Of a stretch of 64,000 nucleotides of DNA, positions 10,564 to 20,413 are shown piece after piece. Where the stretch lies: positions 1,697 to 65,696 of the forward strand of contig JAGBHI010000050.1 of NCBI GenBank assembly GCA_017935575.1, in the 5' to 3' direction. The number at the start of each line of letters is the position of its first letter. The stretch's first letter is position 1. This DNA is from Bacteroidales bacterium (lineage in GTDB: Bacteria > Bacteroidota > Bacteroidia > Bacteroidales > G3-4614). The notes beneath the pieces were generated by a model that saw only the letters and a list, made by a program, of their open reading frames with translations, was not told the origin of the DNA and ran no database searches. The position numbers were made by a program, and so were the translations under genes.

Positions 10564-11295
10564 ATGAAAAAAATAGTAATAGTAGGAGCAACATCGGGAA
10601 TAGGAATGGAGAGTGCAAAACTATTCCTACAAAACGGATATATAGTAGGATTAGCGGGGCGTAGAGAAGAAAACCTTCTTACTTTACAAAAGGATTATCC
10701 CCAAACTGCATTCATAAAAAAGATAGATATAACAGCACCCGAAGCTCCTCAACTACTGTCAGAGTTGATAGACGATATGGGAGGAATGGATATATACCTG
10801 CATGTATCAGGTATAGGCTTTCAAAATAAGGAGTTGCAACCACAAATTGAGATAGATACAGTAAAAACAAATTGTTTGGGAATGACTCAAATGGTAGTTA
10901 GAGCATATGACTACCTCTCAAAAAACGGAGGAGGACAAATAGCCGTAGTATCATCAATAGCAGGCACAAAAGGATTGGGTGTAGCACCTTCCTATTCAGC
11001 AACAAAACGTTTTAATAATATCTATCTTCAATGCTTGGCACAACTATCCAGAATGCGTGGAGATAAAATATCATTTACAGATATACGTCCGGGATTTGTA
11101 GAGACAGCCCTATTGCGTAGTGCAAACTACCCAATGAAGATGCAAGCCGACTATACAGCAAAAAAACTATATAAAGCGGTAGTAAATAAAAAGAGAGTAG
11201 CAATAATAGATTGGCGCTATTCCATATTAGTAGCCTTTTGGCGGCTAATACCCAACTTTATATGGGAACGCCTTAAAATAGTAAAAACTAAGTAG
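10564..11295 (+). CDS. SDR family NAD(P)-dependent oxidoreductase
   Basis: GATSGIG nucleotide-binding motif and YSATK catalytic YxxxK; start at ATG 10564. Confidence 0.9.
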   Translation: MKKIVIVGATSGIGMESAKLFLQNGYIVGLAGRREENLLTLQKDYPQTAFIKKIDITAPEAPQLLSELIDDMGGMDIYLHVSGIGFQNKELQPQIEIDTVKTNCLGMTQMVVRAYDYLSKNGGGQIAVVSSIAGTKGLGVAPSYSATKRFNNIYLQCLAQLSRMRGDKISFTDIRPGFVETALLRSANYPMKMQADYTAKKLYKAVVNKKRVAIIDWRYSILVAFWRLIPNFIWERLKIVKTK

Positions 11296-11298
11296 CTG

Positions 11299-11340
11299 AA
11301 ATAAAGAAAGTATCATGCACACATGATACTTTCTTTATTT
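11299..11340. terminator. Bidirectional terminator between convergent SDR and lgt
   Basis: Perfect 19-bp inverted repeat AAATAAAGAAAGTATCATG-CACA-CATGATACTTTCTTTATTT. Confidence 0.8.
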
Positions 11341-11411
11341 TAACCTATCGTTTAAATTTATTTTACAGTAGCTTATTATCTCTCTCCCTATGGATAGTTA
11401 AGGGGTGGGGG

Positions 11412-12293
11412 CTACTTATAATGCCTATGAATATGAGAGTGTCTATGAGAAATCTTACCACTCTTTTTCGGCCCTTGATTACCCTTTATAATAAAATATA
11501 TACCGGCAATAATAAAAGGAATACTAAGAAGTTGTCCCATATTGAGCCATATACGTTCCATCATCTCTATCTCAAATAATTCTTGAGGTTGTTTAAGAAT
11601 TTCAATAAAGAACCTTGAGCCAAATACCCATAGTAGGAATGTTCCAAACAATACCCCCCTGCGGTTACCCATATCTCTTTTCCAATACATAAACATTAAT
11701 GTTACAAATAGTATCAGATAAGATAATGATTCATATATCTGAGTAGGGTGTGATGTCATTGTATATTGCGGCTCAGCTCCGTTTTGCCATGCGGCAATAT
11801 TTGTTATGAAGTTAAAACCCCAAGGCATAGTGGTTTCGTAACCATATATCTCGTGATTCATAAGGTTTCCCAAACGAATCATAGAGGCAACAAGAGCAAC
11901 AGGAATTACCAACCTGTCCAATACCCATATCATACTGCGATGAGTAACTTTTTTAGAGAATATAAATATGGCAATAAGTATTGCAATTGCTCCTCCGTGG
12001 CTTGCAAGTCCACCTTCCCATATTTTTAATATCTCCCAAGGGTGTTCCGAGTAGTATTCCCAACCATAAAAGAAGCAATGTCCTAATCTCGCTCCAATAA
12101 TAGTTGCAACTATTACATATACAAATAGTTTATCGCACCATTCTTCAGGAGCCTTATCATTTTTGAAGATTTTTGCTTCAATATAATATCCAATTAAAAA
12201 GCCTATGGCAAACAAAAAACCATACCATCTTATCTCCAATCCAAAGATTGAAAACATCGTGGGGTCTGCATTCCAAACAATAGAGCTAAGCAT
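11412..12293 (-). CDS. lgt: Prolipoprotein diacylglyceryl transferase
   Basis: IRWYG, GARLGHC, WEGGLASHG, RLGNLMNHE and HPTQIYE motifs. Confidence 0.95.
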   Translation of the reverse strand: MLSSIVWNADPTMFSIFGLEIRWYGFLFAIGFLIGYYIEAKIFKNDKAPEEWCDKLFVYVIVATIIGARLGHCFFYGWEYYSEHPWEILKIWEGGLASHGGAIAILIAIFIFSKKVTHRSMIWVLDRLVIPVALVASMIRLGNLMNHEIYGYETTMPWGFNFITNIAAWQNGAEPQYTMTSHPTQIYESLSYLILFVTLMFMYWKRDMGNRRGVLFGTFLLWVFGSRFFIEILKQPQELFEIEMMERIWLNMGQLLSIPFIIAGIYFIIKGNQGPKKSGKISHRHSHIHRHYK

Positions 12294-12331
12294 TATGTAA
12301 TAAATTATCTATTAATAATATCTGTCCAATT

Positions 12332-13228
12332 TTATACAAGATGTGAAATCCACTCTTCTCTATCTCCAGGTAAAAGATCAATTACAGGAACCTCAGGCAA
12401 TGTGTAACAACCAGGTTGTTGGCGGAAAGTTGCACGAGCGGCATTAACCAGCATTTGAGCAGTAAGAGCAGGATTGTTTATCTTCATATTAAACTCAAAT
12501 AGTTGATTTTGAGTTTTACCCGAAACTCCTTTACGACACATCATTACACCATGACCCATATCAAGAAGGTTATCAACGCACTCAACCTGCATAACGTGGG
12601 TTTCGTCATTTACAAAATAAGCATCGGCTTTTATTGCTTTTGCAACATCTTCAAAATTGTAACCATCTTCAACTTCAATATATACCATTCGTCTATGAAT
12701 ACCTGTTCCAACAGGAATAGTCATAGAAAGAGCAGCCTTAACACCTTCAATAGCTTTAACCGCAACAGTGTGTCCCATGCTCATTCCGGGTCCGAAGTTT
12801 GTATATGTGATACCTTTAGGAGCAGCAGCCTCCATAAGAGTACGAACTACAGAGTCGCTACCCGGATCCCAGCCTGCCGATATAATGGCAACAGCTCCGT
12901 TCTCTTTGGCAACCTTGTTAAGGTTTGCTCTAAGAGCAGATATTCCTGTGTGTATGTCATAACTATCGGCAGTGTTAATACCCAACGATAATATTTCTGT
13001 TGCGTACTCTTCAACTTTGCGAGTAGGAGTTGCAAGAATAGCAACATCAACATTATCAAGTTGTTTGATATCAGAAACAACCTTGTATTTTTTTATCTCT
13101 TCAGGTATATCGTTTACATTACGTCTTACAATACCTGCAATCTCCATATCGTTTGAAGCCTCAATGGCGTCAATAGTATATTTACCAATATTTCCGTATC
13201 CGACTACGGCAACTCTTTTAATTTTCAT
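12332..13228 (-). CDS. ddh: meso-diaminopimelate dehydrogenase
   Basis: VGYGNIG, SAGWDPG, TNFGPGMSMGH and NPALTAQ motifs; start at MKIKRV. Confidence 0.93.
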   Translation of the reverse strand: MKIKRVAVVGYGNIGKYTIDAIEASNDMEIAGIVRRNVNDIPEEIKKYKVVSDIKQLDNVDVAILATPTRKVEEYATEILSLGINTADSYDIHTGISALRANLNKVAKENGAVAIISAGWDPGSDSVVRTLMEAAAPKGITYTNFGPGMSMGHTVAVKAIEGVKAALSMTIPVGTGIHRRMVYIEVEDGYNFEDVAKAIKADAYFVNDETHVMQVECVDNLLDMGHGVMMCRKGVSGKTQNQLFEFNMKINNPALTAQMLVNAARATFRQQPGCYTLPEVPVIDLLPGDREEWISHLV

Positions 13229-13310
13229 ATTCTTAAAATTTGATTTCGCAAAATTAATATAATGCAATAATAAAAACCAATTAATTATATTAATATAATT
13301 AAAATATATG

Positions 13311-16300
13311 CTAAATAGTTAACCACTTGTTTTTATCAATATCAGAAAAACCTCGTTTCTTTGAATACTCTTCTCTCTGCTCCTCTCCAATATTTATAGT
13401 AAAATATTCTGCATCTGGGTTTGCGATAATCATTCCGCATACCGAGGCGTTGGGATACATAGCTCCGTTTTCCGTAATATCAATGCCTAAATTCTTAAAA
13501 TCAATCAGTTTTTGCATTTCAAAAATAAGAGATTGATCGGGTAGGGAGGGATATCCAATAGCTGGTCTTATACCACAGCCTATGCCTTTTATGATTTTTG
13601 CGCTATCTCTCTCCTCATAGGGTGAGTATCCCCATAACTCAGTTTTAACCAAGAAGTGAGTATATGCTGCAGCAGCTTCTGCAACTCTATCGGCAAACGA
13701 TTGAAGTATCAAAGACGAGTAATCATCGCCATTGTCTCTATAATTTTCAATCAATCTTTGAATATCTATACCCACTGTAACAGCAAAAACTCCAATATAG
13801 TCATCTCTATTCTCAGATGAATGCAATATAAAGTCGCTAAGGGCAAGATATTTTTTACCATTCTCTTTCTTCTTTTGTTGGCGTAAAGTGGGAATTACAA
13901 ACTCTCTATTATTTCCCAATATAATCTCTCTCTCTCCCGAGCAGGCTTTATAAAATTTTACAGAGGCTTTTATTTGAGGGTTAATGCTCTCTATTATAGA
14001 GTCAACAATGCGAATACAATCTTTGTGTAGTTGCATAGCTTCCGCTGCATTTTTGCGTTCGCTCTCTTCAAATGATGCCAGCCACGATGCTTTACAATGG
14101 TCGCACCCGCTAACGTACGCAATAGAGGCATATTTGCCATTCAATTTCCAAACATTAAAAAATTGTCCCCAATTAATAAACTCCATCAGCTCCTTTATGC
14201 TAAAAGAGAGATTAATCTCGTCGCCAAACCTATTTGGTTTAATAGGGGTATAGTTGTTGCAACACTCTTTAGCGTTATCTTTATCAGCAACAGATAGCGG
14301 TACAATATCATCAATTACTTTATCTTCCCTCAAAAATCTTTGTCGTTCCTTAACCTCTTTTATGAAGTTCTCGCGTAATTTAGGGTTGGTAAGTTTTGCC
14401 ACTACAATGGGGTCTTGCGAAGCATCTTTTACATAAACTACTGCTCCGCTGTATAATGGAGCAATTTTTACTGCAGTATGAAGTTCCGAAGTGGTTGCCC
14501 CACCAATAAGCAGTGGAATATCAAGAGCTCTCTTTTCAAGTTCCTTTGCAAGGTTGCACATCTCGTTTAACGATGGAGTAATAAGTCCGCTAACGCCAAT
14601 TATATCAGCATTAATTTCAACAGCTTTATCAATTATGGTCTCGGCACTTACCATAACTCCGAGGTCGGTAACTTCATAGTTGTTACAACCTAAAACCACC
14701 GAAACAATATTCTTACCAATATCGTGAACATCGCCCTTTACAGTAGCAAGAACAATTTTTCCTGCACTCTTTGTCGTTGACGATTTCTCGTTCTCAATAT
14801 ATGGTTGCAGTATCTCAACAGCTCTCTTCATTGTGCGTGCGCTCTTTACAACCTGAGGTAAAAACATCTTACCTTCGCCAAAAAGAGTACCAACTTGGTT
14901 CATTCCCTCCATTAAAGGTCTCTCAATAATGGAAACAGCACTCTTATACTCTTTAAGAGCCAATTCAATATCATTTTGTAAATTTTCGGCATTACCTTTT
15001 ATTAAAGCATTAGCCAATCTCTCGGGTAGAGTCATCGTTGATAATGTTTCACCACTATTGCTCTTGTTCTCTATCTTTTCGCCCTTTACCCTCTCGGCAA
15101 CCTCAATAAGACGCTCTGTTGCATCATCTCTGCGGTTGAGTATAACATCTTCAACTGCCTCTAAAATATCTTTGGAAATGTCGTTGTAACTTACATTTGT
15201 TGCAGGGTTTACAATAGCCATATCCATACCGGCATTTATGGCGTGGTATAAAAATACCGAGTGCATAACCTCTCTGATATAGTTATTCCCTCTGAAAGAG
15301 AATGATAAGTTACTAACGCCACCACTTACCTTGGCATAGGGTAAATTATCCTTAATCCATTTTGTTGCATCAATAAAGTCTTTGGCATAATTCTTATGCT
15401 CATCAATACCTGTGGCAACAGCCAATATATTGGGGTCAAATATTATATCGTTGGGGTTTATATCGCACTCTTTTGTCAGAATATCGTATGCTCTTTTACA
15501 AACGGCAATTTTCCTTTCATAATTATCTGCTTGTCCATTTTCATCAAAAGCCATAACAACAAGTGCCGCACCCATCTCTTTTATGCGTTTTGCGCGCTCA
15601 ATAAAAACGCTCTCACCCTCTTTCAAACTTATTGAGTTTACAATGGCTTTGCCTTGAACACACTTTAACCCTGCTTCAATAACGCTCCAATCAGACGAGT
15701 CAATCATAAACGGTACTCTGCATACATCAGGCTCTGCAGCAAGCAAATTCAAAAATGTAACCATTTCATCTTTTGCATTGAGCATGCCATCGTCCATATT
15801 GATGTCAATTATTTGAGCACCATCTTCAACCTGTTTTCTTGCTATAGATAGAGCCTCTTCATAATTCTTCTCATTAATAAGTCTGAGGAATTTGCGCGAG
15901 CCTGCAACGTTACATCTTTCACCAACATTTATAAAGTTATTCTCTTTACATACAGTCAATGGTTCAAGCCCAGAGAGAATTAAATTGTTGTTTACAGATG
16001 TTAGGGTATGAGGTGTAGCCTCTCTTGCAATTTCAGCCAATAGCTTTATATGCTCAGGAGTTGTACCACAACAACCTCCCATTATATTAACAAGTTTCTC
16101 ATTTAAGTAGAGAGTCATATCTTCTGCCATCATTTGGGGAGTTTCGTCATACTCTCCAAAGCGATTAGGTAATCCTGCATTTGGGTGAACTGATATATAG
16201 TATGGTGCAATTTCAGAAAGCTCTCTTAAGAAAGGGAGAATATCTTTTGCTCCAAATGAGCAGTTAATTCCAATTGAAGTTATAGGAGCATGGGCAACAG

Positions 16301-16988
16301 ATGCAACAAAAGCTTTTATGGTTTGTCCCGAAAGTGTGCGCCCTGCATTGTCAGATATTGTAAGAGACAACATTAATGGTAACGAAATATTCTTCTCTCT
16401 GAAAATATTTTGTACAGCATCAATGGCACACTTAACATTGAGGGTGTCAAAAATTGTCTCTAATAATATGATATCAACTCCTTCATCAATCAATATGTTT
16501 ATCTGCTCCTTATAAGCGTCAAAAAGAGAGTCGTATGTTATGGCTCTTGCCGATGGATTATTGACATCGGGCGATATTGAGCAACTCTTATTGGTTGGTC
16601 CTATGCTACCGGCAACAAAGCGAGGTTTCTCTTTTGATGAGAACTCTTTGGCAATCTCTTTAGCAATTCTGACAGCGGTACGGTTTATATCCTTGACATA
16701 ACTTTCCAAACCATAATCCGATAACGATACAGATGTAGCATTAAATGTGTTTGTCTCAATAATATCGGCACCAGCATCAAGATACGATTTATGAATATCT
16801 CTTATTATTTGTGGTCGAGTTAATGCCAATATATCGTTGCAACCTTTAAGTTCTGATTTATGTTCCTCAAACAGAATTCCCCTAAACTCCTTCTCTGTCA
16901 GTCCGTATTTCTGAATTTCGGTACCCATTGCACCATCAAGAATTAAAATTCTCTCTTTAAGGAGTTCTTCAAAAATATATCTATTCAT
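13311..16988 (-). CDS. metH: Cobalamin-dependent methionine synthase
   Basis: LDGAMGT, GGCCGT zinc site, GERCNVAGSRKF pterin domain, KGDVHDIGKN B12 motif, RPAIGYP activation domain. Confidence 0.96.
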   Translation of the reverse strand: MNRYIFEELLKERILILDGAMGTEIQKYGLTEKEFRGILFEEHKSELKGCNDILALTRPQIIRDIHKSYLDAGADIIETNTFNATSVSLSDYGLESYVKDINRTAVRIAKEIAKEFSSKEKPRFVAGSIGPTNKSCSISPDVNNPSARAITYDSLFDAYKEQINILIDEGVDIILLETIFDTLNVKCAIDAVQNIFREKNISLPLMLSLTISDNAGRTLSGQTIKAFVASVAHAPITSIGINCSFGAKDILPFLRELSEIAPYYISVHPNAGLPNRFGEYDETPQMMAEDMTLYLNEKLVNIMGGCCGTTPEHIKLLAEIAREATPHTLTSVNNNLILSGLEPLTVCKENNFINVGERCNVAGSRKFLRLINEKNYEEALSIARKQVEDGAQIIDINMDDGMLNAKDEMVTFLNLLAAEPDVCRVPFMIDSSDWSVIEAGLKCVQGKAIVNSISLKEGESVFIERAKRIKEMGAALVVMAFDENGQADNYERKIAVCKRAYDILTKECDINPNDIIFDPNILAVATGIDEHKNYAKDFIDATKWIKDNLPYAKVSGGVSNLSFSFRGNNYIREVMHSVFLYHAINAGMDMAIVNPATNVSYNDISKDILEAVEDVILNRRDDATERLIEVAERVKGEKIENKSNSGETLSTMTLPERLANALIKGNAENLQNDIELALKEYKSAVSIIERPLMEGMNQVGTLFGEGKMFLPQVVKSARTMKRAVEILQPYIENEKSSTTKSAGKIVLATVKGDVHDIGKNIVSVVLGCNNYEVTDLGVMVSAETIIDKAVEINADIIGVSGLITPSLNEMCNLAKELEKRALDIPLLIGGATTSELHTAVKIAPLYSGAVVYVKDASQDPIVVAKLTNPKLRENFIKEVKERQRFLREDKVIDDIVPLSVADKDNAKECCNNYTPIKPNRFGDEINLSFSIKELMEFINWGQFFNVWKLNGKYASIAYVSGCDHCKASWLASFEESERKNAAEAMQLHKDCIRIVDSIIESINPQIKASVKFYKACSGEREIILGNNREFVIPTLRQQKKKENGKKYLALSDFILHSSENRDDYIGVFAVTVGIDIQRLIENYRDNGDDYSSLILQSFADRVAEAAAAYTHFLVKTELWGYSPYEERDSAKIIKGIGCGIRPAIGYPSLPDQSLIFEMQKLIDFKNLGIDITENGAMYPNASVCGMIIANPDAEYFTINIGEEQREEYSKKRGFSDIDKNKWLTI

Positions 16989-17000
16989 TATTTTGATAAT

Positions 17001-17561
17001 CTATTTAATAACTTTGTCGGAATTTTTAGCAATATACTCCTTCCAACTTTTGCACCCTTTCTCCAATATAGGCGATTTCATTTGGTAGTAGTGGCATAGA
17101 GCTGCGGCAACTGCATCAGTTGCGTCTAATTGAGGGTCCATTTTCTCTTGTGGAATATGTAAAATTCTTCTAAGCATATCCGCTACCTGTTCTTTTGAAG
17201 CACTACCATTTCCTGTAACTGCAAGTTTTATCTTTAGAGGTGCATATTCGGTAATAGGTAATTCGTGATGAATAGCTGCAGCCATTGCTACACCTTGAGC
17301 TCTTCCCAATTTAAGCATTGATTGCACATTTTTTCCAAAAAAAGGAGCCTCAATGGCTAATTCGTCAGGAGAGTATTGAGTAATCAATCCCGAAACTCTT
17401 TCATATATTCTATTTAACCTCATATAGTGGTTTTCAAACTTACTAAGTTTAAGAGTTCCCATAACAACAAGATGCGGGTTCTTACCATCACTCTCAATGA
17501 TGCCGTATCCCATAACATTAGTACCGGGATCAATTCCTAAAACTCTGTGCTTTTGAGCCAT
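17001..17561 (-). CDS. ruvC: Holliday junction resolvase
   Basis: LGIDPG, LGRAQG, ASKEQV and DATDA motifs. Confidence 0.95.
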   Translation of the reverse strand: MAQKHRVLGIDPGTNVMGYGIIESDGKNPHLVVMGTLKLSKFENHYMRLNRIYERVSGLITQYSPDELAIEAPFFGKNVQSMLKLGRAQGVAMAAAIHHELPITEYAPLKIKLAVTGNGSASKEQVADMLRRILHIPQEKMDPQLDATDAVAAALCHYYQMKSPILEKGCKSWKEYIAKNSDKVIK

Positions 17562-17852
17562 TTATAAGGTTGAAATTAAATTATTAATATGATTTACGCT
17601 ATTGTTTAAGCATATTGTGCAAAAATAGATAAAAATATTAGCATATATAGGTTGTATATTAAAAAAATATTGTAAATTCGCGAAGTATTTGAAATTATTT
17701 AACATTTTGTTGTAATTTCAATTCAGAAAAGATATAGAATAGTAAAGAATATAGAATAGTTGTTTAAAACATAACCATGGCATATAGTTTATGGTTTGTA
17801 TGAATATAGTTTAATTGAGGAATTTTCAATGAAAATTTTGAGAGACATAAAG

Positions 17853-17894
17853 TGCAAAATCCATTAATCGAAATTTCGATTAATGGATTTTGTA
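17853..17894. repeat. Long near-perfect palindrome in the ruvC-gdhA intergenic region
   Basis: TGCAAAATCCATTAATCGAAA/TTTCGATTAATGGATTTTGTA. Confidence 0.8.
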
Positions 17895-17913
17895 ATGTGT
17901 TTTTCATGACTTT

Positions 17914-17949
17914 AGAAAGGTAGATCCGTGAGGCTTTACCTTTCTTTTT
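17914..17949 (+). terminator. Terminator-like hairpin with no upstream + strand CDS
   Basis: AGAAAGGTAGA-TCCGTGAGGC-TTTACCTTTCT followed by T-run. Confidence 0.55.
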
Positions 17950-17968
17950 CTGTGGTATAAAAGAAAAA

Positions 17969-18090
17969 AGAAGCTGTCTAACAAGGTGATTTCTGCCTTA
18001 TGCTTGCCCTCAAAATGCTCATTTACTCCAAGTAAACTCCGCTTTTTCGGGCTACGCAAGCCTTGAAATACCTCTTGTTATATAACTTCT
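17969..18090. repeat. REP/MITE-like fold-back element
   Basis: Terminal imperfect inverted repeats AGAAGCTGTCTAACAAG / CTTGTTATATAACTTCT; core CTCAAAATGCTCATTTACTCCAAGTAAACTCCGCTTTTTCG resembles a repeat I recall from Bacteroidetes. Confidence 0.5.
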
Positions 18091-18134
18091 AACAAAAAGG
18101 GAGTGTCAAACACATTAGACACTCCCTTTTTGTT
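18091..18134 (-). terminator. gdhA terminator (bidirectional shape)
   Basis: AACAAAAAGGGAGTGTC...GACACTCCCTTTTTGTT. Confidence 0.85.
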
Positions 18135-18152
18135 GTATATGAGTTGTTTATA

Positions 18153-19487
18153 TTATAAAACTCCTTGAGCCATCATTGCTTTTGCAACTTTCATAAATCC
18201 AGCAACGTTAGCACCTTTTACGTAGTTTGTGTATCCATCTTCTTGTTTTCCGTAAAGAGTACATTGTGCGTGAATTTCTTTCATGATTGATTGAAGTTTT
18301 GCATCAACCTCTTCTCTGCTCCAGCTTAGTTTGATAGAGTTTTGAGTCATCTCCAATCCACTTACCGATACACCACCAGCATTAGCAGCTTTACCTGGAG
18401 CATAAAGTATTTTAGCGTTCAAGAACTCTGCGATAGCTTCAGGTGTAGATGGCATATTAGCACCTTCTGAAACAGCGAAACAACCATTTGCAAGAAGTGC
18501 GCGAGCATCGTCTCCATCAATCTCATTTTGAGTTGCACTTGGCATTGCAATATCGCATTTCTCATTCCAAGGACGAGCACCTTCAACATATTTGCAACCA
18601 TATTTTTCAGCGTACTCTCTGATACGTCCGCGTTGAACGTTCTTCAAGTTGAAGATATAAGCAAGTTTCTCCTCGTCAATTCCGTCTGGGTCATAAATGT
18701 AACCATTACTATCAGACATTGTGATAACTTTTGCACCAAGGCTGATAAGTTTCTTAACAGTATATTGCGCAACGTTACCAGAACCTGATACAGCAACAAC
18801 TTTATCTTTAATATCAATACCTTTGGTTTTTAGCATCTCAAGCAAGAAGTAAACGTTTCCGTAACCAGTAGCTTCGGGACGAACCAATGAACCTCCGAAC
18901 TCCAATCCTTTACCTGTGAAAGTACCTGTGTTCTCAAGAGCCATTTTTTTGTACATACCGTACATATAACCAACTTCACGACCACCAACACCTATATCAC
19001 CGGCAGGAACGTCTGTTTGAGGACCTATGTGACGCCACAACTCAGTAACGAATGCTTGACAGAAGCGCATAACCTCCATATCAGATTTACCGCGAGGGCT
19101 GAAGTCAGAACCACCTTTACCTCCACCCATAGGAAGAGTAGTAAGAGAGTTTTTGAAAGTTTGCTCAAAAGCAAGGAATTTCAAAATTGAAAGGTTTACT
19201 GATGAGTGGAAACGGATACCACCTTTGTATGGACCAATAGCATTGTTATGTTGGATACGATATCCCATATTTGTTTGAACTTGACCTTTGTCATCAACCC
19301 AAGTAACTCTAAAAGTGAAAACTCTATCGGGTATGCAAAGTCTCTCAATCAAATTATATTTTTCAAACTCGGGGTGTTTGTTATACTCCTCTTCAATTGT
19401 CATTAATACCTCTTCAACAGCTTGATGATACTCAGGCTCGTTGGGAAAGCGTCTTTTCAAATCGCTTAAAACTTTCTTTACTTCCAT
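18153..19487 (-). CDS. gdhA: Glutamate dehydrogenase (GdhA type)
   Basis: GPYKGGIRFH, LPMGGGKGGSDF, RPEATGYG, GSGNVA and PGKAANAGGV motifs. Confidence 0.96.
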   Translation of the reverse strand: MEVKKVLSDLKRRFPNEPEYHQAVEEVLMTIEEEYNKHPEFEKYNLIERLCIPDRVFTFRVTWVDDKGQVQTNMGYRIQHNNAIGPYKGGIRFHSSVNLSILKFLAFEQTFKNSLTTLPMGGGKGGSDFSPRGKSDMEVMRFCQAFVTELWRHIGPQTDVPAGDIGVGGREVGYMYGMYKKMALENTGTFTGKGLEFGGSLVRPEATGYGNVYFLLEMLKTKGIDIKDKVVAVSGSGNVAQYTVKKLISLGAKVITMSDSNGYIYDPDGIDEEKLAYIFNLKNVQRGRIREYAEKYGCKYVEGARPWNEKCDIAMPSATQNEIDGDDARALLANGCFAVSEGANMPSTPEAIAEFLNAKILYAPGKAANAGGVSVSGLEMTQNSIKLSWSREEVDAKLQSIMKEIHAQCTLYGKQEDGYTNYVKGANVAGFMKVAKAMMAQGVL

Positions 19488-19558
19488 TTTTATTAAAATT
19501 TAAATTGTACTTCAAATTAAACACAAACTTTAATTGTGTGGTTTTTTTAAGACCGATG

Positions 19559-19566
19559 CAAAGGTA
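19559..19566 (-). promoter_or_regulatory. -7 promoter element for gdhA
   Basis: TACCTTTG on the minus strand. Confidence 0.55.
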
Positions 19567-19735
19567 ATATACTAAAACTAATTTTTGCAACTTTTTTGAG
19601 TATTTTTTTGACAAAAGATGATTTTTTTACAAATCAACTAACAAAAAGTTTTTATTAATGCAAAAAATATACCTTTTTGTTACAATTAATATTCGTAAAA
19701 TATACAACATCTATGCAATTAAATAAACGAGAAAA

Positions 19736-19908
19736 TAGTTGTTAGCCGAGTAGGGACAGAGCATGCTCTGTCTGCAGTTGTTCGTTTTTAGTTGTACGGT
19801 GCTTCGCACCTTAGTTTTTAGCAAATAAAGGCTCTAACAACTACCCGCGAGGGCGGCGAAGCCGACAACTAACAACTAACAACTGATAGCTGAATTTAGC
19901 TGAATTTA
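19736..19908. repeat. Composite element of inverted heptamer arrays (TAGTTGT / ACAACTA) with embedded REP-like hairpins
   Basis: Left arm TAGTTGT-like units, right arm ACAACTA ACAACTA ACAACTG; GTAG-led palindrome GACAGAGCATGCTCTGTC; small hairpins GGTGC-TTC-GCACC and CGGC-GAA-GCCG; TAGCTGAATT twice. Confidence 0.65.
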
Positions 19909-19975
19909 AATTCCGATAAGTTGTCATACTCGCTCATATTTATTATCTTCGCACCATAAATAATAATAAAACAAA

Positions 19976-20413
19976 ATGGTAAAAGTAAAAGTTATAAATA
20001 AAGGAAAGCATGCGTTGCCTGAGTATGGAACTTTGCATGCAGCAGGAATGGACGTAAGAGCAAATCTTTCAGAACCTGTAGTTTTAAAACCTATGGAGCG
20101 TACAATAATACCAACAGGATTATTTATTGAATTGCCCGAGGGATATGAAGCACAATTACGTCCACGTAGCGGATTGGCTATAAAAAAAGGTATTACATTG
20201 CTTAATACACCCGGAACTATTGATGCCGATTATCGTGGCGAAGTTGGCGTAATACTTATAAATCTTTCGCAAGTGGACTTTGTTGTTGAAGATGGCGAAC
20301 GTATATGTCAAATGGTAGTTGCTCCATATACAAGAGTAGAGTGGGAAGAGACAGAGACTCTTGAAGATAGTGAGCGTGGTGCCGGAGGTTTTGGACATAC
20401 CGGAGTAAAATAA
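19976..20413 (+). CDS. dut: dUTP diphosphatase
   Basis: [22 protein letters not shown] and [10 protein letters not shown] motifs. Confidence 0.97.
   Translation: MVKVKVINKGKHALPEYGTLHAAGMDVRANLSEPVVLKPMERTIIPTGLFIELPEGYEAQLRPRSGLAIKKGITLLNTPGTIDADYRGEVGVILINLSQVDFVVEDGERICQMVVAPYTRVEWEETETLEDSERGAGGFGHTGVK

Noticed and set aside
11380-11411. CT-rich/G-rich segment after the lgt stop, possibly a repeat remnant
   Set aside because: Too short and degenerate to support a call.
19736-19908. Possible CRISPR array
   Set aside because: Repeats are 7-10 nt and inverted, with no 25-45-nt direct repeats separated by unique spacers and no cas genes.
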